Of a stretch of DNA of 64,000 nucleotides, positions 1-14,122 are shown piece after piece. The first letter of the stretch is position 1. Each line of letters opens with the position of its first letter. The notes beneath the pieces were generated by a model, which saw only the letters and a list, made by a program, of their open reading frames with translations, ran no database searches and had not been told where the DNA came from. The stretch comes from Marsupella aquatica (taxonomy: Eukaryota; Plantae; Marchantiophyta), in assembly GCA_973895155.1 (NCBI GenBank), contig OZ316892.1, positions 22,011,619-22,075,618 on the forward strand. Direction: 5' to 3'. The position numbers and the translations under genes are program-made.

Positions 1-475
1 GAGCTGGCTGTGGTACTGTAGCAGGGTGTAAATGGCCAACAAACGGCTGCATGTTTTGAGTCGCATACCCATCGAAAATGCCAAGTTCGATCTTTCTAAT
101 ATCCTATGAAGTTCCAATGAGTAGCAAATTGATTAGCCGATCACAATTCGCAAAGGCCATTGATGACAGCCTAGCTTCGGCAAATTAGCGGCAAATGCAC
201 GAGCTAGCCACTCTCTTGTGTAACAATCTGGTGGCGTTGCAGGGACTGAGTGTTCTCAAAGTCAATCATGAAGGCAGGCAGTATCTCGTGGCATTTGGAG
301 GACACGGAATTCTCCTCAGTTGCCAGGTTCTGCACATGACATTGCCTAGAAATCTGCTCATTTCTTATAGATGGTATTTGCTTTCATTACGAAAGAGATC
401 CCGAAGATCGATATTGAGATGTCCTATATATATATTGCTATTGAAGAAATCCTTAGCAAATGACATGATAATGAC

Positions 476-1800
476 ATGATAATGAGTCAGCCTTCTATTC
501 TATCTAACAAAGAGTTCGAACTGTTGGAGCAGATGTATGCACTTCTGTTGCCAGCAGTGGATTTATCCTCTGAAACCAACAGTTTGTCCAGCTCCGAATC
601 TTTGAAGGCCGCCAGCATCTCAAAGCGTTCAACTGCAGTATCACGAGAAAAGCATTCACCAACTGATCCCTTTGGTTTCTATCGTACTGCATCATCCCTG
701 TCCTCAACTGGCTGGGAATCTGATAGCTGCACACTCGCATCTGCAGAGACCGGCCCCGACTTTTCGGCTGAGGTACAGTCTCTTGGGTCAAAACCTCCAC
801 TCTGGGACTGGTCAAACTTGTGGAACTTTGGAGAGAGTATGAGGTGTTTATGTAGGCTGGTACGTGCAGAAATGTTCCCTATCTAGTATCATCTGGAGGG
901 TGATTTCCACGACTTAGGTTAGGATTTTCCCTTATATGCATTGATGTCTGGATCTTGACGAATGATTGTACAGTGGGATCTCCTCGAAGAAGCTGAGCTC
1001 CAAAACTTTAACAATCCGAAAGTCAACCTTGGACCCTGTGCAGAACACTAAAATTGTATTTGATGGGCACTTGCAGGAGAGCCCAGTGCCACCACGCAAG
1101 GAGCGGCCTAGAAGCAAGACAATGTTAAGTTACCTTAATATTGATCATTCAACGCTAACAGGGGAACACTACCAGCCCTCAAGGCTGAGCAATGGTAGTC
1201 GACATGATCAGGCATCGTTACCGCGTGCAAGTGAGAAAGACTTCATCACTATTGAGACACAGAGCAAAGTCGGAAGATCGGAGTCCAACAAATGCGGCGA
1301 CAAAGATGGCTTATGGGGTTTGAAGGTTGCCCATGCGACGAATCAATCTCGTCTGCAGACTGATTTACCCATCTCAGATACAACTAAAATCAAGGCGGAG
1401 AGAAGTGATTCACACACATTAGCGAAGAAAAATCGAGGTGACGCCTTCAGTAAGCAAGGCGAAACTTGTGGCCATGATAGAGCCGCAGGAGGGGCAAAGG
1501 TCTAACGTGGTCAGGGATGAAGACCTGAGCCTTGGGTTGCAGTCTGTAAAGCAGCTGCAAAAAGAAATTCACGAGCTGAGGAGGAACAAAGAAGATCATG
1601 AACGAAAATTTCAAAATAGATTGCACACCTTAAAGCTCGTGAGTCGTGACAAGCAAGGGAGAAGGGAGAGCACTGAAATTGAACTCAGGCATTCGGTTGA
1701 CAGTGACAACAAAGCTGCTGCAAACTCATGCCAAGAGGAGGTGACACGATTCAGAACGGTCACAAACGAGGCTGAAAGGAGATTGCAATTCACGATTTAG
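476..1800 (+). other. Chain of same-strand ORFs (476-886, 966-1505, 1438-1800), possibly one degraded Ser-rich/coiled-coil gene
   Basis: Consecutive + strand ORFs; the last looks coiled-coil (LQKEIHELRRNKEDHERKFQ). No recognisable domain. Confidence 0.2.
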
Positions 1801-2855
1801 CTCTGGACAGGACGCACAATGTACCGCGCCATTACAAGCTCGTGTGCAAACTATGATCCCTTCAACAGATTGGACTAGAGAGCAGGAGATTGATGCACAC
1901 AAATTCCATAAAGTGATCTACTCATCTTCAGGTGACACACTCGGCCTAGTTCCAAATGTTCTCCTGTCCGAAAAGGATGATTGAGCTATCGGAGACCATC
2001 GAGCTAGTTCCCCTGTAAGTAATTCAATCCAGTTCAACTTCCAAGAAGCAATTTCCATTTGGATTTGTCAGACAGTGCATTTGGGGACAAAAATCGTAAC
2101 AGTAGTACAGGCCCCGTTAAAGAAGGAAACTTTAAGGAAGCATGATCCCCGCTCACTCTAGTATATCCATATAAAAACTTTCAGGTAGAATATGAGCTAC
2201 TCAAAGCTGCAACCCTACTGGAAATTTGAGCTGAACTCGTGGCTTCCAAAGGGGCAATTGACTGCTTGTGCTACAATTATTGTGAATTTGTAATCATGTT
2301 GTCTATGTTCTCATACTCACCTCAAGTGTCCGTTGGCCAAGAGACCTGGGATTTGGGAACTAGACATCTCCTTCGGTCTGTACATAGCTTGACAGGAACG
2401 TGATGGTCATTGGAACTATTCAGCCAAAAAGCACAACGTTCCAAGGAAAGCTTTGCTTTGGCAGTTCACAGACAGCTAGCCTAGGCATAACTAGAATTGA
2501 TGTCAAGTCAGGCTCTAAGATCTGTCAAGTTTTTCTTGATGTAAATTCTATAATAGTCAGGCCAGGATTAATTTGCAAGTTTTGTCTCTTTCTCAGTCTC
2601 TAGACTTACATAGAAGGAGCATTCCAAAGTTAATGATAGTCAGTTTCCGCCAATTCACTCAATCCACACATGCACAGCTTCAATGCATCACACAAGCTTG
2701 CCCCAACACTACAAAGAAAGAGATAAGATACACCATATGGTGTTCGAGACTCAATATTTTAGCACCTCTAACCCTGCTGTTATATGACATGTTCCTTAGG
2801 ATTGAAACAAACTAGATACTTTAGAGAATGTATGTGGTGCAATCTTGTCTCATGT

Positions 2856-2935
2856 GAACATATCAAATGTCCTTGGAAGAGAGGTATATAAGGAGGAACA
2901 TATCAAATGTCCTTGGAAGAGAGGTATATAAGGAG
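2856..2935. repeat. Perfect 40-bp tandem duplication
   Basis: gaacatatcaaatgtccttggaagagaggtatataaggag occurs twice in tandem. Confidence 0.9.
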
Positions 2936-5473
2936 GGTCCCATAGTTACTCCGCCTTAGTATTTTATATGTATTTTGGAATTGGCGTAATGTGTCTCATA
3001 ATGGTGTATGTGTCCAATGAAAATGTTTCCCAAACATAATCCCAGAATATACTCCATGTCTTATGTGAGTATATTAATTTTGCCATTAAATTGTTGGTGT
3101 ATGTTCGAAGTGGTGTAATTTGTCTCATAATGATGTAATATGTCCTACTTTAATCAATCCTATTTAAACCAATATCCAAAACACCTTGCCAAAATATAAT
3201 TCGGACAAACGTGTACCTTTTCCCTATCTTAGTAGTACAAGCCTTACCACAGACTGCCAGCCACTCTACAACTTCCCCTACCATTACAACAACATGCACT
3301 TGATGACATTGGTTGGGTTGCACCCAGACATTTTCAAAAATCAACGTCTCACCAAGTTGAAGCTTTAACGCAGTCTTTGACAGACCTACCGAGAACTGTG
3401 ACAGCCAAATAGAACCCTTTTTTCTCTTTTCTAGAAACCGGTGATACGAACGGCCTTTGCCGGAAACAGCCATTTTGTGGGACACCTGTGATTCCGGATG
3501 TGATTCGGATCAGACTTTGTGAAAGTACAAAGTCGCCTTCAAGATGGTACGTGGTGATCATACTTCTCTCCCCACGGATGAAATGAAACGTCACGTTTTA
3601 GGCATTAATAGTGGAGTTAAATGTTACCAGGTTCCATTTATCACCAAGTGAGGTTACGTTGAAGGCTGTAAGTACGTATCTTGTTTGTATATTTTTACAG
3701 GTTAGGACTTTTAACCCAAACAATCTACTTTTTTCAATCCCAAGTGAACCATGATACCTTGTATCAAGTTTTGCATTGTTAGTTTCCAAGAATAACTTAT
3801 TTCTTGATGTTTTGAGCACGCCAATTTGGAGGGGTCGTTGTCTCTGCAGTTCACCCCCATACTCTACCAGGAGTTTCGATTTGTCAATAGATACGCTTTC
3901 AATTTTTGTTTCTGGTGGTTGTAGTGGGGAACTTTTGTCGGGGTCTCTCAGGCTTTTTGGTCTCCTTGGGGTATTCCCTTGTTACCCCAGGCCCCTTTAT
4001 TGGGTCTCTTGCCTATGGAATAGTCTGTCCCAGAGGTGCCTTTTGTATTCTGGCAGTGAGATATATGTAGTTTGGAGTGCTCACTTGTTCAAGCGACTTT
4101 TGAAAATGCTGCTTGTTTTGTATCAGATTGCATATTGCCTTAGAAAAATAATTGATTACTGAAAAAGAAGAACCCGGGTCACAGTTCTCCAGCTCAAGCT
4201 GACCTCCACCAATTAATGTTTTTAGTTGAGACCATACCAAGAATTGGGAGCTACCTTACACATTGCCTCTTACACTTCGTAGCATTAAATGAGCTCCAAC
4301 TACCTTTGTGGGAGAAAAATTATTAGTTTTGGGGACAAAGAGAAGCTAAGGCAAACCTCGCCCCATCTACTGTCTGTCAGTCAAACGTGTCAGCCATCAT
4401 CGTTGGAACCCGCATTGGAATCACTAGTAGTTTGAATTGCTATGCACAGAATTGGATTAGCCCAGTATTAAGTGTTTGGACTGTCTCAGTTGTGGAAAGC
4501 TGTGCACTACTCCACTCCATGAATCCAGCGTGGTGGGAAATAATTGTCTGAAGCAGCTTCTCACAATGAAGATAGCATATGACAGAATTAAACTCAGCAG
4601 ATTCCGGTGCTTATAGGGAGGCTTCTAGATAAGGAATTATGACCAAGTCTGATCGATGTATTTCAAAATGTCTGTATGAGATGCAAACAAGCAAGAACTA
4701 TAATTGGGAGTTCAGTCAATGCCTGCAGATTTTCATCAAATAAAACTCAGAACTTCAATACTGGCAAGGAGCATACATGCAACTCAAAACTGCATTGGCT
4801 TCCAGATCAACTTCCGACCAAGTCAGTTTAGAACGTACACATTGTTTGGTGCAATTGACTGATCGAAAATCCTTGTAGTCAAGATGACGCATCTGTGAGA
4901 AATTATATATGAGAAAACCCGGTACAGCATCTGAAGGGTTTATGCGTTTGTAATCGAGGACGTTACGAAAACAAATGTACATTAGAAGGGGCTTGAACCT
5001 CAAAATTTGTAACTAGATCCTGTATTTGGGCACACGCTACAATTTTCCCTAACCAGAAGTTCCGTATTGCATCAACTATACAAACGTGAAGGGTACACCA
5101 ATGCTAACCTTCACAGAAACCCAGACTCACTAGCTACTAAAACTGTACAATGCTGCAGCTAGCTTCAGACAATGTAAGACTACAGGTGGGCTCTGAACTC
5201 GCATTGCAGTCAAAAGTATAGTTTCACACAGACTAATTCAAGTCCTACGGTTGGAGTTGAAGCTGCAAATGTGCCTGAAACATTCAGCAAGCGCTAAACT
5301 GCATCCAAGCCTGAATTCTAGCCCAAGCCCAAGCCCAGATCAGCCTCATTGAGCTCTCAACTCTTGCTCGCGCCCAGCTAGATCAGCCTCATTGAGTTCT
5401 CAACTCATACTGTAGAATCTGTCGTTGGGAATATGTAGTGTCGTCATCGACGATGGCATCGCTTGTCTCGAAG

Positions 5474-6028
5474 CTAGCCGCGTAGGTAGTAATTGACGTA
5501 GACACCTGCGAAGTAAATGAAAGGCAATCCATGGCAGCTAGAGACAATTGTCGATTGCTGAGGGTGGTTCATGTTGCACATTTCGTTTGTTCCAGTGCTT
5601 TGCCTCGGCGAAACAATCTAGTTAACGCCGATCCGTTTACGAAGCTGATCGGTCTATCAGACGAAGCAATCCGAGGGCGAACACCCATATTGACATGAAG
5701 TGGAGCAATGCCGGCCGCCTGGTCGGGCTGCGAGTTTTGAAAGGAGTAGGTGGTGCCGGCAGTGCTTGTGTATACGGTGACGTACGAGGAGGGATCCCAG
5801 GTGGCTGCAGCGCCGGGGTCGCAATTGAGGTGGAACAGGCCATCGAGGCTGCTGGCATAGCCGTCCTCGGCGCATACTGGGTTGTTCGCATCGTTGTCAA
5901 ATAGATAAAGTGTCGCGTGGATGGGATTCTGATCAGCACCGCGATAAAACACAGCCGTGAGCTGTGGATGCAAGCATGAGCATCCAGGTGAGGACTGAGA
6001 GACTGGCGGGGAGAGATTTGGGATTCAT
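5474..6028 (-). pseudogene. Small secreted Cys-containing protein, frameshifted after the signal peptide
   Basis: ATG at 6028 gives MNPKSLPASLSVLTWMLMLASTAHG|CV, a signal peptide. A 1-nt shift in a T run (~5947) joins it to ORF 5569-5973 (FYRGADQNPIHATLYLFDNDANNPVC...LNCDPG...VTVYTSTAGTTYSF). Candidate 3' acceptor ttcgcag| at 5506; last-exon frame uncertain. Confidence 0.55.
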
Positions 6029-6262
6029 TGTTTGCGAACCTCTGCGAACTGAGAAGATCTGGTAGGTACGAAACCATAGAATCTGCTGCTCTTCCTGGGA
6101 ATTCTCTGAGCTCTGTTGAGAAGCTCATCCACAAGAAGAGGGGATTGAGTGGCAAGCCAAAAATCCAAGCAAAGAAAAATGGTTGGCTAATCAGTGGACT
6201 TTGACTGAGGAGCTCAAACTTAAGGTGACAACTGCTACAGATCATGGTAATTTTATGGGTCA

Positions 6263-6480
6263 CGAACTCAATACTTGTGCTTTGCACAAAAGATGTCATG
6301 ACGCCCAAGATGTAGTTAAGAAAATAGATATCGTGTCACCCAAGATGTAGTTAAGAGAAAAAATGACATGTCAGGAGTCGTTGAGACAAAAGATATCACT
6401 ATGCCCAAGATGTCATTAAGAGAAAAGATGTTGTAAATTATAAAGTTGTTGTTAAGTACAAGATGATACATCAATAAAGT
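6263..6480 (-). mobile_element. Helitron 3' end fragment (same family as 15651-17745)
   Basis: Minus strand reads ...acatcttttgtgcaaagcacaagtattgagttcg|t, matching the hairpin and terminus at 17715-17745, with the same 'cttaac..catcttgggcg' subrepeats. Confidence 0.7.
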
Positions 6481-9400
6481 GATCTTGTTAGTCATATTTG
6501 TAATCTAATTTTTCACTACTAATTGCATACTAACCATTCATATTTTGTGAGTCATGATTGTAAAAGTGCATGGTTTCCTTATGTGGATGAAACTCACCTG
6601 GCAGCTAGTTACTCAAAAACAACAGTTAATTAAAAACGACTACCTCAACTTAGAAGGAGAAATCAATCCAAAGGCCAAGTCAAATTGATCCAGCAAAGAG
6701 TAAGTGCCAGGAAACCCAAAGTCCAAGTCAGACCAGAAATAAAAAGGAGCATAAATAAAGTGACACGTACACTGAAAAGAACTTACTTTAATTTAACTAC
6801 TCTGCGCTAAATTCTGATGGTTCCTACACTTACCTTTGTGACAATTTACTTACTCAATCCTTTCATGTGAGATTGAGACTAGTTCTGGGTGGGAGTCACA
6901 AAGTCTACATTTTTTAAGCTTTTAATGTCGTCTCTGACGTCGTTTCATACAGGTTATTACGTCAGATCTGTGTATGTTGTACACACCAACGCAAATCAGG
7001 GTACGAGTCGTGGAACTCGACTACCTTAACACTTAGCTCCGGCATCGCTGACTCTGACGCCAAGCTCCCTTATGGTCCAGGCCCGGATAGGCCATCCGGG
7101 GAGGACTTAGCATGGGGAGACTTGCGGGCAATGAGACGTGGCACTAGCGAGGCAGGAGCCAAGTTGGGGAGACACACTAAGGACTTGGACTAGGTGATAG
7201 CTGGTCGGGTCAAGGGGAAATGGGCCGGGCTCAAAGATGGCCGTCTGGACCTCTGGATGCACTTTGAGTTCTGAGGACTTGAGTGTGAGCTCCTCTTGGG
7301 CCCAAGGCCAATGAAGTTGACGCCATGGGCAATGGACGCTTGGGGCGCAAGTTGTGGCCCGATCCGAGTTGGGCTGGTCGGGGGCCTCGAGCGGCGATCA
7401 GACCTGAGGGCCTAGGCATGAGCACTGGGTCGGCCCGATCACAACGGGCTAAGGCACTCCGCTTGCAGATGCCTGACGAGAAAGTTATGGGCGTTGCCAG
7501 TTGGTGGCGCGTCCATTATGCGCGATAGGATCCGGGTTGGGGGCCAAATGTTTAGGGACCAAAGACGGTCTGGGGGTGGCAGGTCTCTTGAAGCATATAT
7601 GAGGGGAGTGGTGTCTCCCTGGGGGCTAAGGGCGAGCCAAAGTCGTGAGCCGCGGTGATCAAGACACTAAGGGAAACCGCCAAACGGAAACGGCGATATC
7701 TGTCCAGCGGGAAGTCCGTTGGAAGACTTCTTGGATGCGTTGGAAAGCTCTTGAGGAGGGCTATGCCCTCTTGAGCTCAGCTGGGTCTGGGGGTACCTTG
7801 GGTTCTTGGGGTTTGCTGGTGTTAACTCGCCCGCTTGCCACATCCTGCCGAACAGCAGCCAAGCCGCGTTCAGTCTCCCAAGGGAGCTTGCATGGCAAGG
7901 CCAAGTAGGTGTGGAGGTTGAGTCCCAAGAGTGTTTGGTCCCTAGACCATCAGTGGGGCAAACTGGGAGTTGGTTGCTAGAGTCGGGGCCATTCTGGTCC
8001 CGGCGTGTAGGAACAAGCTTTAGGACAAGCTACGCTATTTGGGCCATGAGCATGTCCTGAGGTCAGGGCGGTCAGTTGGTGATGGATAGGTACAAGGGGG
8101 AACTCGGGCCGCGCCCAAGGAAGGAGCTGTCTTGGACGGGCAGTGGGCGTGGGTTCTGGTTTCGGCTTATGGCATCAGGAGGACCTGGCTATCGCTGACC
8201 TATTTACCAACGTCTGTTGAGCTTGACTTAGGATGCTAGACTTGGCGAGTTCTAGATCCTGAAGGGTTACTTACCGGGGTGCTTGGTTGCTTGTGCAGAC
8301 AGTGAGGGCCGTTGAGTAGCGGTTGTGTAGGTCACGAGCAAGTGTGGCTTCGTATGGGAGGGGCCGCGGGTGGTGCAAGGGGCACTAGGGTGCTTGCCCG
8401 AGGTATTGCGTGGAGGCGTTCGGGCGCCAAGGGCACTTAGGCATGAGTGCTAGGATTGGTGAGGGCGCTGGATGGCTAGGTCCACCATTGTACGTTATTT
8501 ACGGCTCCCAATATCATGTTCCTGTACGTCGTGACATGCAAGGATAGTTTCCAAGCACAAGAGGACGTAAAATGACATAGCGTCAGCCTTGAAGCATATA
8601 TTTGTGAATGACAGGGGGATGCAACAGGCGGGGCAACAGGCATTGTTAGATGTACTTATTTTGGTAAAAACATCATGGCATAAGTCGTTAAATATGATGT
8701 AACGTCGTGGTGGTTAAGGTAAAGAACCAATCACTGGAAGATGTTAGTTCAAGAAACGTCCTTTGGTACTTGGAATTGTGTCATACGATGGATGACGTTA
8801 TCGTGTTTACGTCCTCTAGTATGAGGGTAAGTTCTGGTTGAGGCACAACGTCTGAGTGTGATTATATTTTTTTGTTTGTTGCCAATTGGTGGTTGGGTTT
8901 ACTATTTCATCAGACATGTATGTATTGTGGGGTGCCGAGAATATAACATAGTGTATATACCCACAAAATGAATCGTGATTAAGATGACAAAAAATTATTT
9001 ACAATTGTTGCCTATGGAGCACTATCCTAACTAGCACTATTCTAACATTGATAGCACTATCCTACCGAGCACTCTGATGACAATGCGGCCCCACATCCCT
9101 ACTAGATCGTGATGACCTACGCCGAACTAGGTGGACAAGTCGCTATCTTCCTCGGTGGCATCTGGCTTAGATGCACGGTGTCGCATCCTCCTCCTACCCC
9201 TCCTGCAAGTACATGCACTATCTCTCTCACCCTGGGTAGCCCCTCCTCCTGATTGCCGCTGCCGGTCTCCCCTCCTATCTCTAGATCCTCCGGGAAATAG
9301 GTCACGTGCGGCATGAGTACCCTCACGACTCTTGTCTACTACACCATCAGCACTGGCTTGTGCCTGCCAAAATGCCTCCCTAGTGGGATGCTCCTCATTG

Positions 9401-9996
9401 GCTAAGCCCGTGTCATCATTCTCATCATCCTCAGATATAGGACAATAAATGCAACCTATCAGAGCACTCCAGTCAACCTACAACACAAGTTCGCGCATGA
9501 ATTAGTGACCTGCATGCAACCATGAGGCTATGGATGTCTTAAGCAACGAGGTATGAGGTTATGTTCTTCATGCTCACCTCCTTCCCCTCGCTTGTCGTGT
9601 CTAATCCGTAGCCATAATGCATGCGCGAGGCCCATATCTCTTTGAAAACACTCTCTCTTGCTTTGTGGGCTTGGCACCACGACCATACTTCAATTTCTGC
9701 ACATTATCAAAAACATCGTTTCATATGACGTTTAGAAGTTACTTTACGTTGTCAAAATGGACGTTCATTACGTCGCCTAACACATTACGTCACCTAACAC
9801 ATTACGTTGCCTAACACATTACGTCTCCTAAGATGACGTTTCCTTGCTCTGTACATTCAATTTTTCAATGGCATTAACGTCGTGAAAGTGACGTTAACCT
9901 CAACAAACATCGTTCTGAACGATGTGAAATGGCAAACCCTAATATTACAACGTCTAGAGAGACGTAAACAGGCGGCGGCTACAATGTTACTTAAGG

Positions 9997-11084
9997 CTAA
10001 AAACTGACATTAAATTGGGAAAAAACAGAGGCAGGCACACTTACATATTTGGCGAGAAACCCCCTCCACCCGCCTTGTCCCCAATAGTTGGTGACCACTT
10101 TCCTGGGTTGCGACATTCGCTTTTGAGTGGCAGCATCCCCCATTCGTGCATGGCGTCCCATTGGTGTGTTAGGTGCTGCCGTGAGCTCCTTCACTATAAT
10201 TTGAAAGTCAGCCTTGGCCATCCCTTCAGGTTGGTTGTACTGTTTTGTGGTCCGGTCTTGGAGGTCCCATACCTTCTCTTTCCACCTGAAGCGACAATCG
10301 GCCAGGTGGGAGATGATCTTTGGCTTGAGGTGCAAGTAGTTTATCTCTTGGCCATTCTTGAATCCGGCCTGCACATCATTGATAATGAGCTGCAACCTCT
10401 GACTGTCCTTTTGCAAGTCCTTCCAAATGGTCCAGTTGGGACAGTGCCGGCCAAGGACCAACTTCACACGTTTTGTCAGGCCTTTCTCATCAAGGACCTA
10501 TGGAATTGCATCAAACACTGACAACTTGATCATTGGCAATGGAGGATGTGATGCGCGCTCCTTTCGACCCCTGCCGTGATGTTCTCATGGTGAGTGTCGT
10601 CTGCTCCTCCTCTCACTCTCAGTGGTGTGATCTCGCCTTCTTTCTTGTCTTCTCTCACTCCTTCCATCGCTCCTGAGCTATGTCTTTCCTTCCCCTTCCT
10701 TCTTCTTTGCTCATCTCTCTCTGAAGACAAACTAATCAAAGGAGTTTGTTCTCATCGTCGTCCTCTCGATATGTCCACTACATGAACCTGACTTTGGACT
10801 GGCGTGGGCTGTAGGGGGACCTGGGTGTCAAAATCACCAACAGTAACATCGTCCCAAGGTCCTAAATCTGGAGGAAGAGGAGCCGAAGGTCCTGGAAGAT
10901 CTGTAGAGTATCCGTGAGCAACAAGAACTGGTCCCACATCCTCCTCCAACGAGACCTCGCACTCCAAACGCTCTAGGTAAGCAATATACTTTGACTCCTT
11001 GCTTCCATCCGGTAATCCCATGAACTTCCAGCTATGTGTGAAAGCTACTATCACTGGGTTTGTTAATTCCATTGTTGTGCGCAC
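9997..11084 (-). pseudogene. CACTA TnpA/Ptta-like (Transposase_24-type) accessory gene fragments
   Basis: ORF 9997-10467 (W..L...IISHLADCRFRWKEK...VTNYWGQGGWRGFLAKY|gtaagt) resembles the TnpA-like gene inside the CACTA at 44.4-45.1 kb (ISVSLADMQ...VTHKMGQGGSQRLKANF|gtaagt). Flanked by 'gacgt'-rich tracts. Termini not found. Confidence 0.55.
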
Positions 11085-11294
11085 TTCTCAATCTCTTCTA
11101 CATCTCCATTCTTAACTTTCTCTACATCAAAGTTCAGTGAGAAAGGAACCCCTACCATTGTTGTTGCTCACTATTCCAGCAAAACCCCGAATGTACGTGA
11201 ATGTTTTGAATGTGGAGGTTTACAATGGGGCATCTCCCTTCCATTCCCCTCCTTCCCTTCCTTTGGTCCCCGTTCCCATCGCTTGAAGCCTCGG

Positions 11295-11500
11295 GAGTAA
11301 AGTTACATCATCAGTTCTCAGTCATTTCCATCAGTCGACTTGATATCAGTCGCCACATCATCTTAGAGAGGCCGCCAAGATGTAGCACCGATTTTTTATG
11401 AAGAAAAAAACAACTTGAATTTTTTTTACTATGGGTGTCCATACCGTACGGACACCACTTCTTGGCGGGCTCCGTAGAGATGTCCAGGTGTCCGTTGTCA
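11295..11500 (+). mobile_element. DNA-transposon terminus (GAGTAAAGTTACA..., MULE-like); second copy at 29917
   Basis: Homology with 29917 onward starts sharply at GAGTAAAGTTACAYCATCAGTT and continues through catcagtcgacytgatatcag...gaggccgccaagatg. Confidence 0.5.
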
Positions 11501-11579
11501 TGGAGATTCTTTGTTTAGTCAGATACTCATAAGTATAGCTTATTAGTATAGGATAGTAGTTTGAATTCTCGCATAATAT

Positions 11580-11866
11580 GCATGTGTGCATGCTATAGTA
11601 TGGTCTACAACGTGCATGCTACAGTATACGGTCTATAGTATGCATGCTACAGTGCACAACCTACAATGTGCATATTTACTACAGTGTACGATCTACAGTG
11701 CGCATGCTACAGTGTACAGTCTATAGAGTGCATGCTACAGTATACGGTCTATAGTGTGCATGCTATAGTGCATGACCTACAGTGTGGATGCTACAGTGTA
11801 CGATCTATAATATGCATGCTATAGTGTACAATCTACAGTGTGCATGCTACAATATACTGCCTATAG
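11580..11866. repeat. Degenerate ~26-bp minisatellite (tgcatgctacagtgtacgatctacagtg-like)
   Basis: About 11 visible units. Confidence 0.85.
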
Positions 11867-13408
11867 TTGCTCCACTCACGTAACTACAGTACTAGCACAC
11901 TTACTTGCTTTGAATGTGTGCCCGAATGTGGGACACATGGCTTCCATCCGTGTGCCATGCTTGATCCGTGTGCTCAAAGTGTGAGCACTATAAATAAAGA
12001 GGAGAGGGGCTCTCTCCCTTCACTCCCCATTTTTCATCAACTAAGTTGTGAAGTCTTAAGAATCCATTGGACTTGATGACCTCTTCTATGAATATAACCC
12101 TTATGAAGGAGACCCACTCATGCACGCTTGCTTAGAGCTTTGGCTCAGCCAAGGATATTTTGTATGAGTTGGACCTTCATAAAGTATTATTATTTGATAG
12201 GAGATGGTTATTAAGTCCTAAAGAGTTGGAAAGTGCTCAACAATTATACCTTGACATCATATGCTCCTTTTGGGTGAAACCCTAAGCTTATGAAGTAGAC
12301 CAACGCATGCACGCTGGCTTGAAGCTTAACTCAGCCAGTGGTAATTTGCATGTGTTGGACCTTCAGATAGTATTTCATTCAAAAGAAGATAAACCTATTA
12401 AGATAAATACCTGCCTGTATAGACTTGGAGTTAACTCACTGCATAGTATTTGTTTGAATAAATAATCTTTTTCGTTGAATGATTATATATCTTGTCATTA
12501 GAATGAATATTAGTTCGATGAAATATTTGATAGTACGATCTAATGCCCATACCAGTACCTATTCTTTCTCTCCCTAATCCTTTCCTAATTAGACTTGATG
12601 TACTCCAAAAAGAGATAATGCGTCAGCATATAACTTTTCACTTTGGAGAAGCATTTGCAACTGCAATGTTAAATTCAATAGACCCACTTGTATATCCTTA
12701 TGTAGTTTACGGGCAGGATTAGACTTGCACAATTTTCATCTTGTATTGAGATGGATCTCAATAAACCTCCCTCTGATGAACCTCCCATTTTTTTCTCGTT
12801 GAGAGATATTTGTTTTATAACTCGACCCAAGGTAGCTGCCAAGGAGGCAATAATCCATAGATATGAAGAAAAAGGTTATGATGTTGTGCTTTCATCCACA
12901 TAACCATTCCTTGTGGTGTTTGCTACCCAGTCTAGGATAATAATTATGATCTTAACTTAAGTTCTCTCTTGACACTAGCACTCATAGGCCCGGTGCTTCC
13001 TCAAGAACCATATTTCCCCCCAGACAACGGCGTCCTTAAAGATGCTCTCAACCAACATGATTGAATCAAATTATTGGCAGATCTCCAATCAGTCAACATG
13101 CAAAGTGCTTGTACAGAATGCAAGGTAAGTAAGTCTCTTAGCTCTAAGTGTGATGGGGTATTGGGGTACGAGTGGGGTATTGGGGTACGAATGGCAATTT
13201 GGTCGAGTGATTGTTCCTACCTGCATGGTGTTCGTAATGTTGACATTGGACATTTGTTTGTGCTGTCAAATTATGTTGGAGGTCCAATATAGATTTCTCG
13301 CTGTGGCCACTTTTACTGTGGGTCTCGCGCGGTTCAAGGGCGGAAGGAAATCTTCACTTGCAAGTTCCTCAATTGTAGGAGAAAGGTGGGTGCTGCAAAA
13401 CTCTACAG

Positions 13409-13811
13409 TGTTGAGCATAGACGACGATCGCAACAACAAGCCCATGAACCATCCAACGCACAATAGTCGACACAAGAGATACGTGGTTCACCTCCTTGAG
13501 GCTACATCCACGGGAACACACAAGAGAGCTTTACTGAACTCTAAGCCCGTCGGCTATACCGAGTCTCCACAGTGTAAGCTCTCCCTATCTCTCAAGTGGC
13601 TCCATAACAATGAGCCTTGGTTCTTCCTCTCCAAGCACACATGCCTCTTATGATATAGTGTGCAACTTAGTTGTACCTAACCACATAGTTGTACCTAATC
13701 ACGTAGTTGTACCTAATCACGTAGTTGTACCTAACCACGTAGTTGTACCAACCCACGTTGTTGTACCAACCACGTCATACCTAACCTAGATGTAAGAGTA
13801 AATACCCAACA
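13409..13811. mobile_element. Solo LTR, 403 bp
   Basis: TGTTG...CAACA ends, 5-bp TSD TACAG (13404-13408 and 13812-13816). Removal restores the helicase frame (KLYR|NVDL). Internal 18-bp tandem repeats at ~13670-13780. Confidence 0.9.
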
Positions 13812-14122
13812 TACAGGAACGTAGACTTGTCAAGCAACAAGGGTGACGGTAACATCCTAGATGGATTGAAGTTTATTCAAACTATTCCAACGGCAGTTAC
13901 CTCTTCTGCCAAATTTGATGCAGTCATGACATACTTGAAGGGTATTCCAGAAGATACTACAAAGCCACTCACCAAGGAACAATGTCATCCAAGAGAGAAC
14001 TCAAGGCTCTTCTGTTTTTGCAATGGACAAAATGTCTGGACTTGCTTGAGCCACACCTCACAAAGGCTGGCCTTCAGTTCACAAGGATTGATGGGTCAAT
14101 GGCCCCAAAAAAGAGAGACAAG

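Noticed and set aside
3150-5003. Short ORFs on both strands as genes
   Set aside because: No recognisable motif or consistent exon structure.
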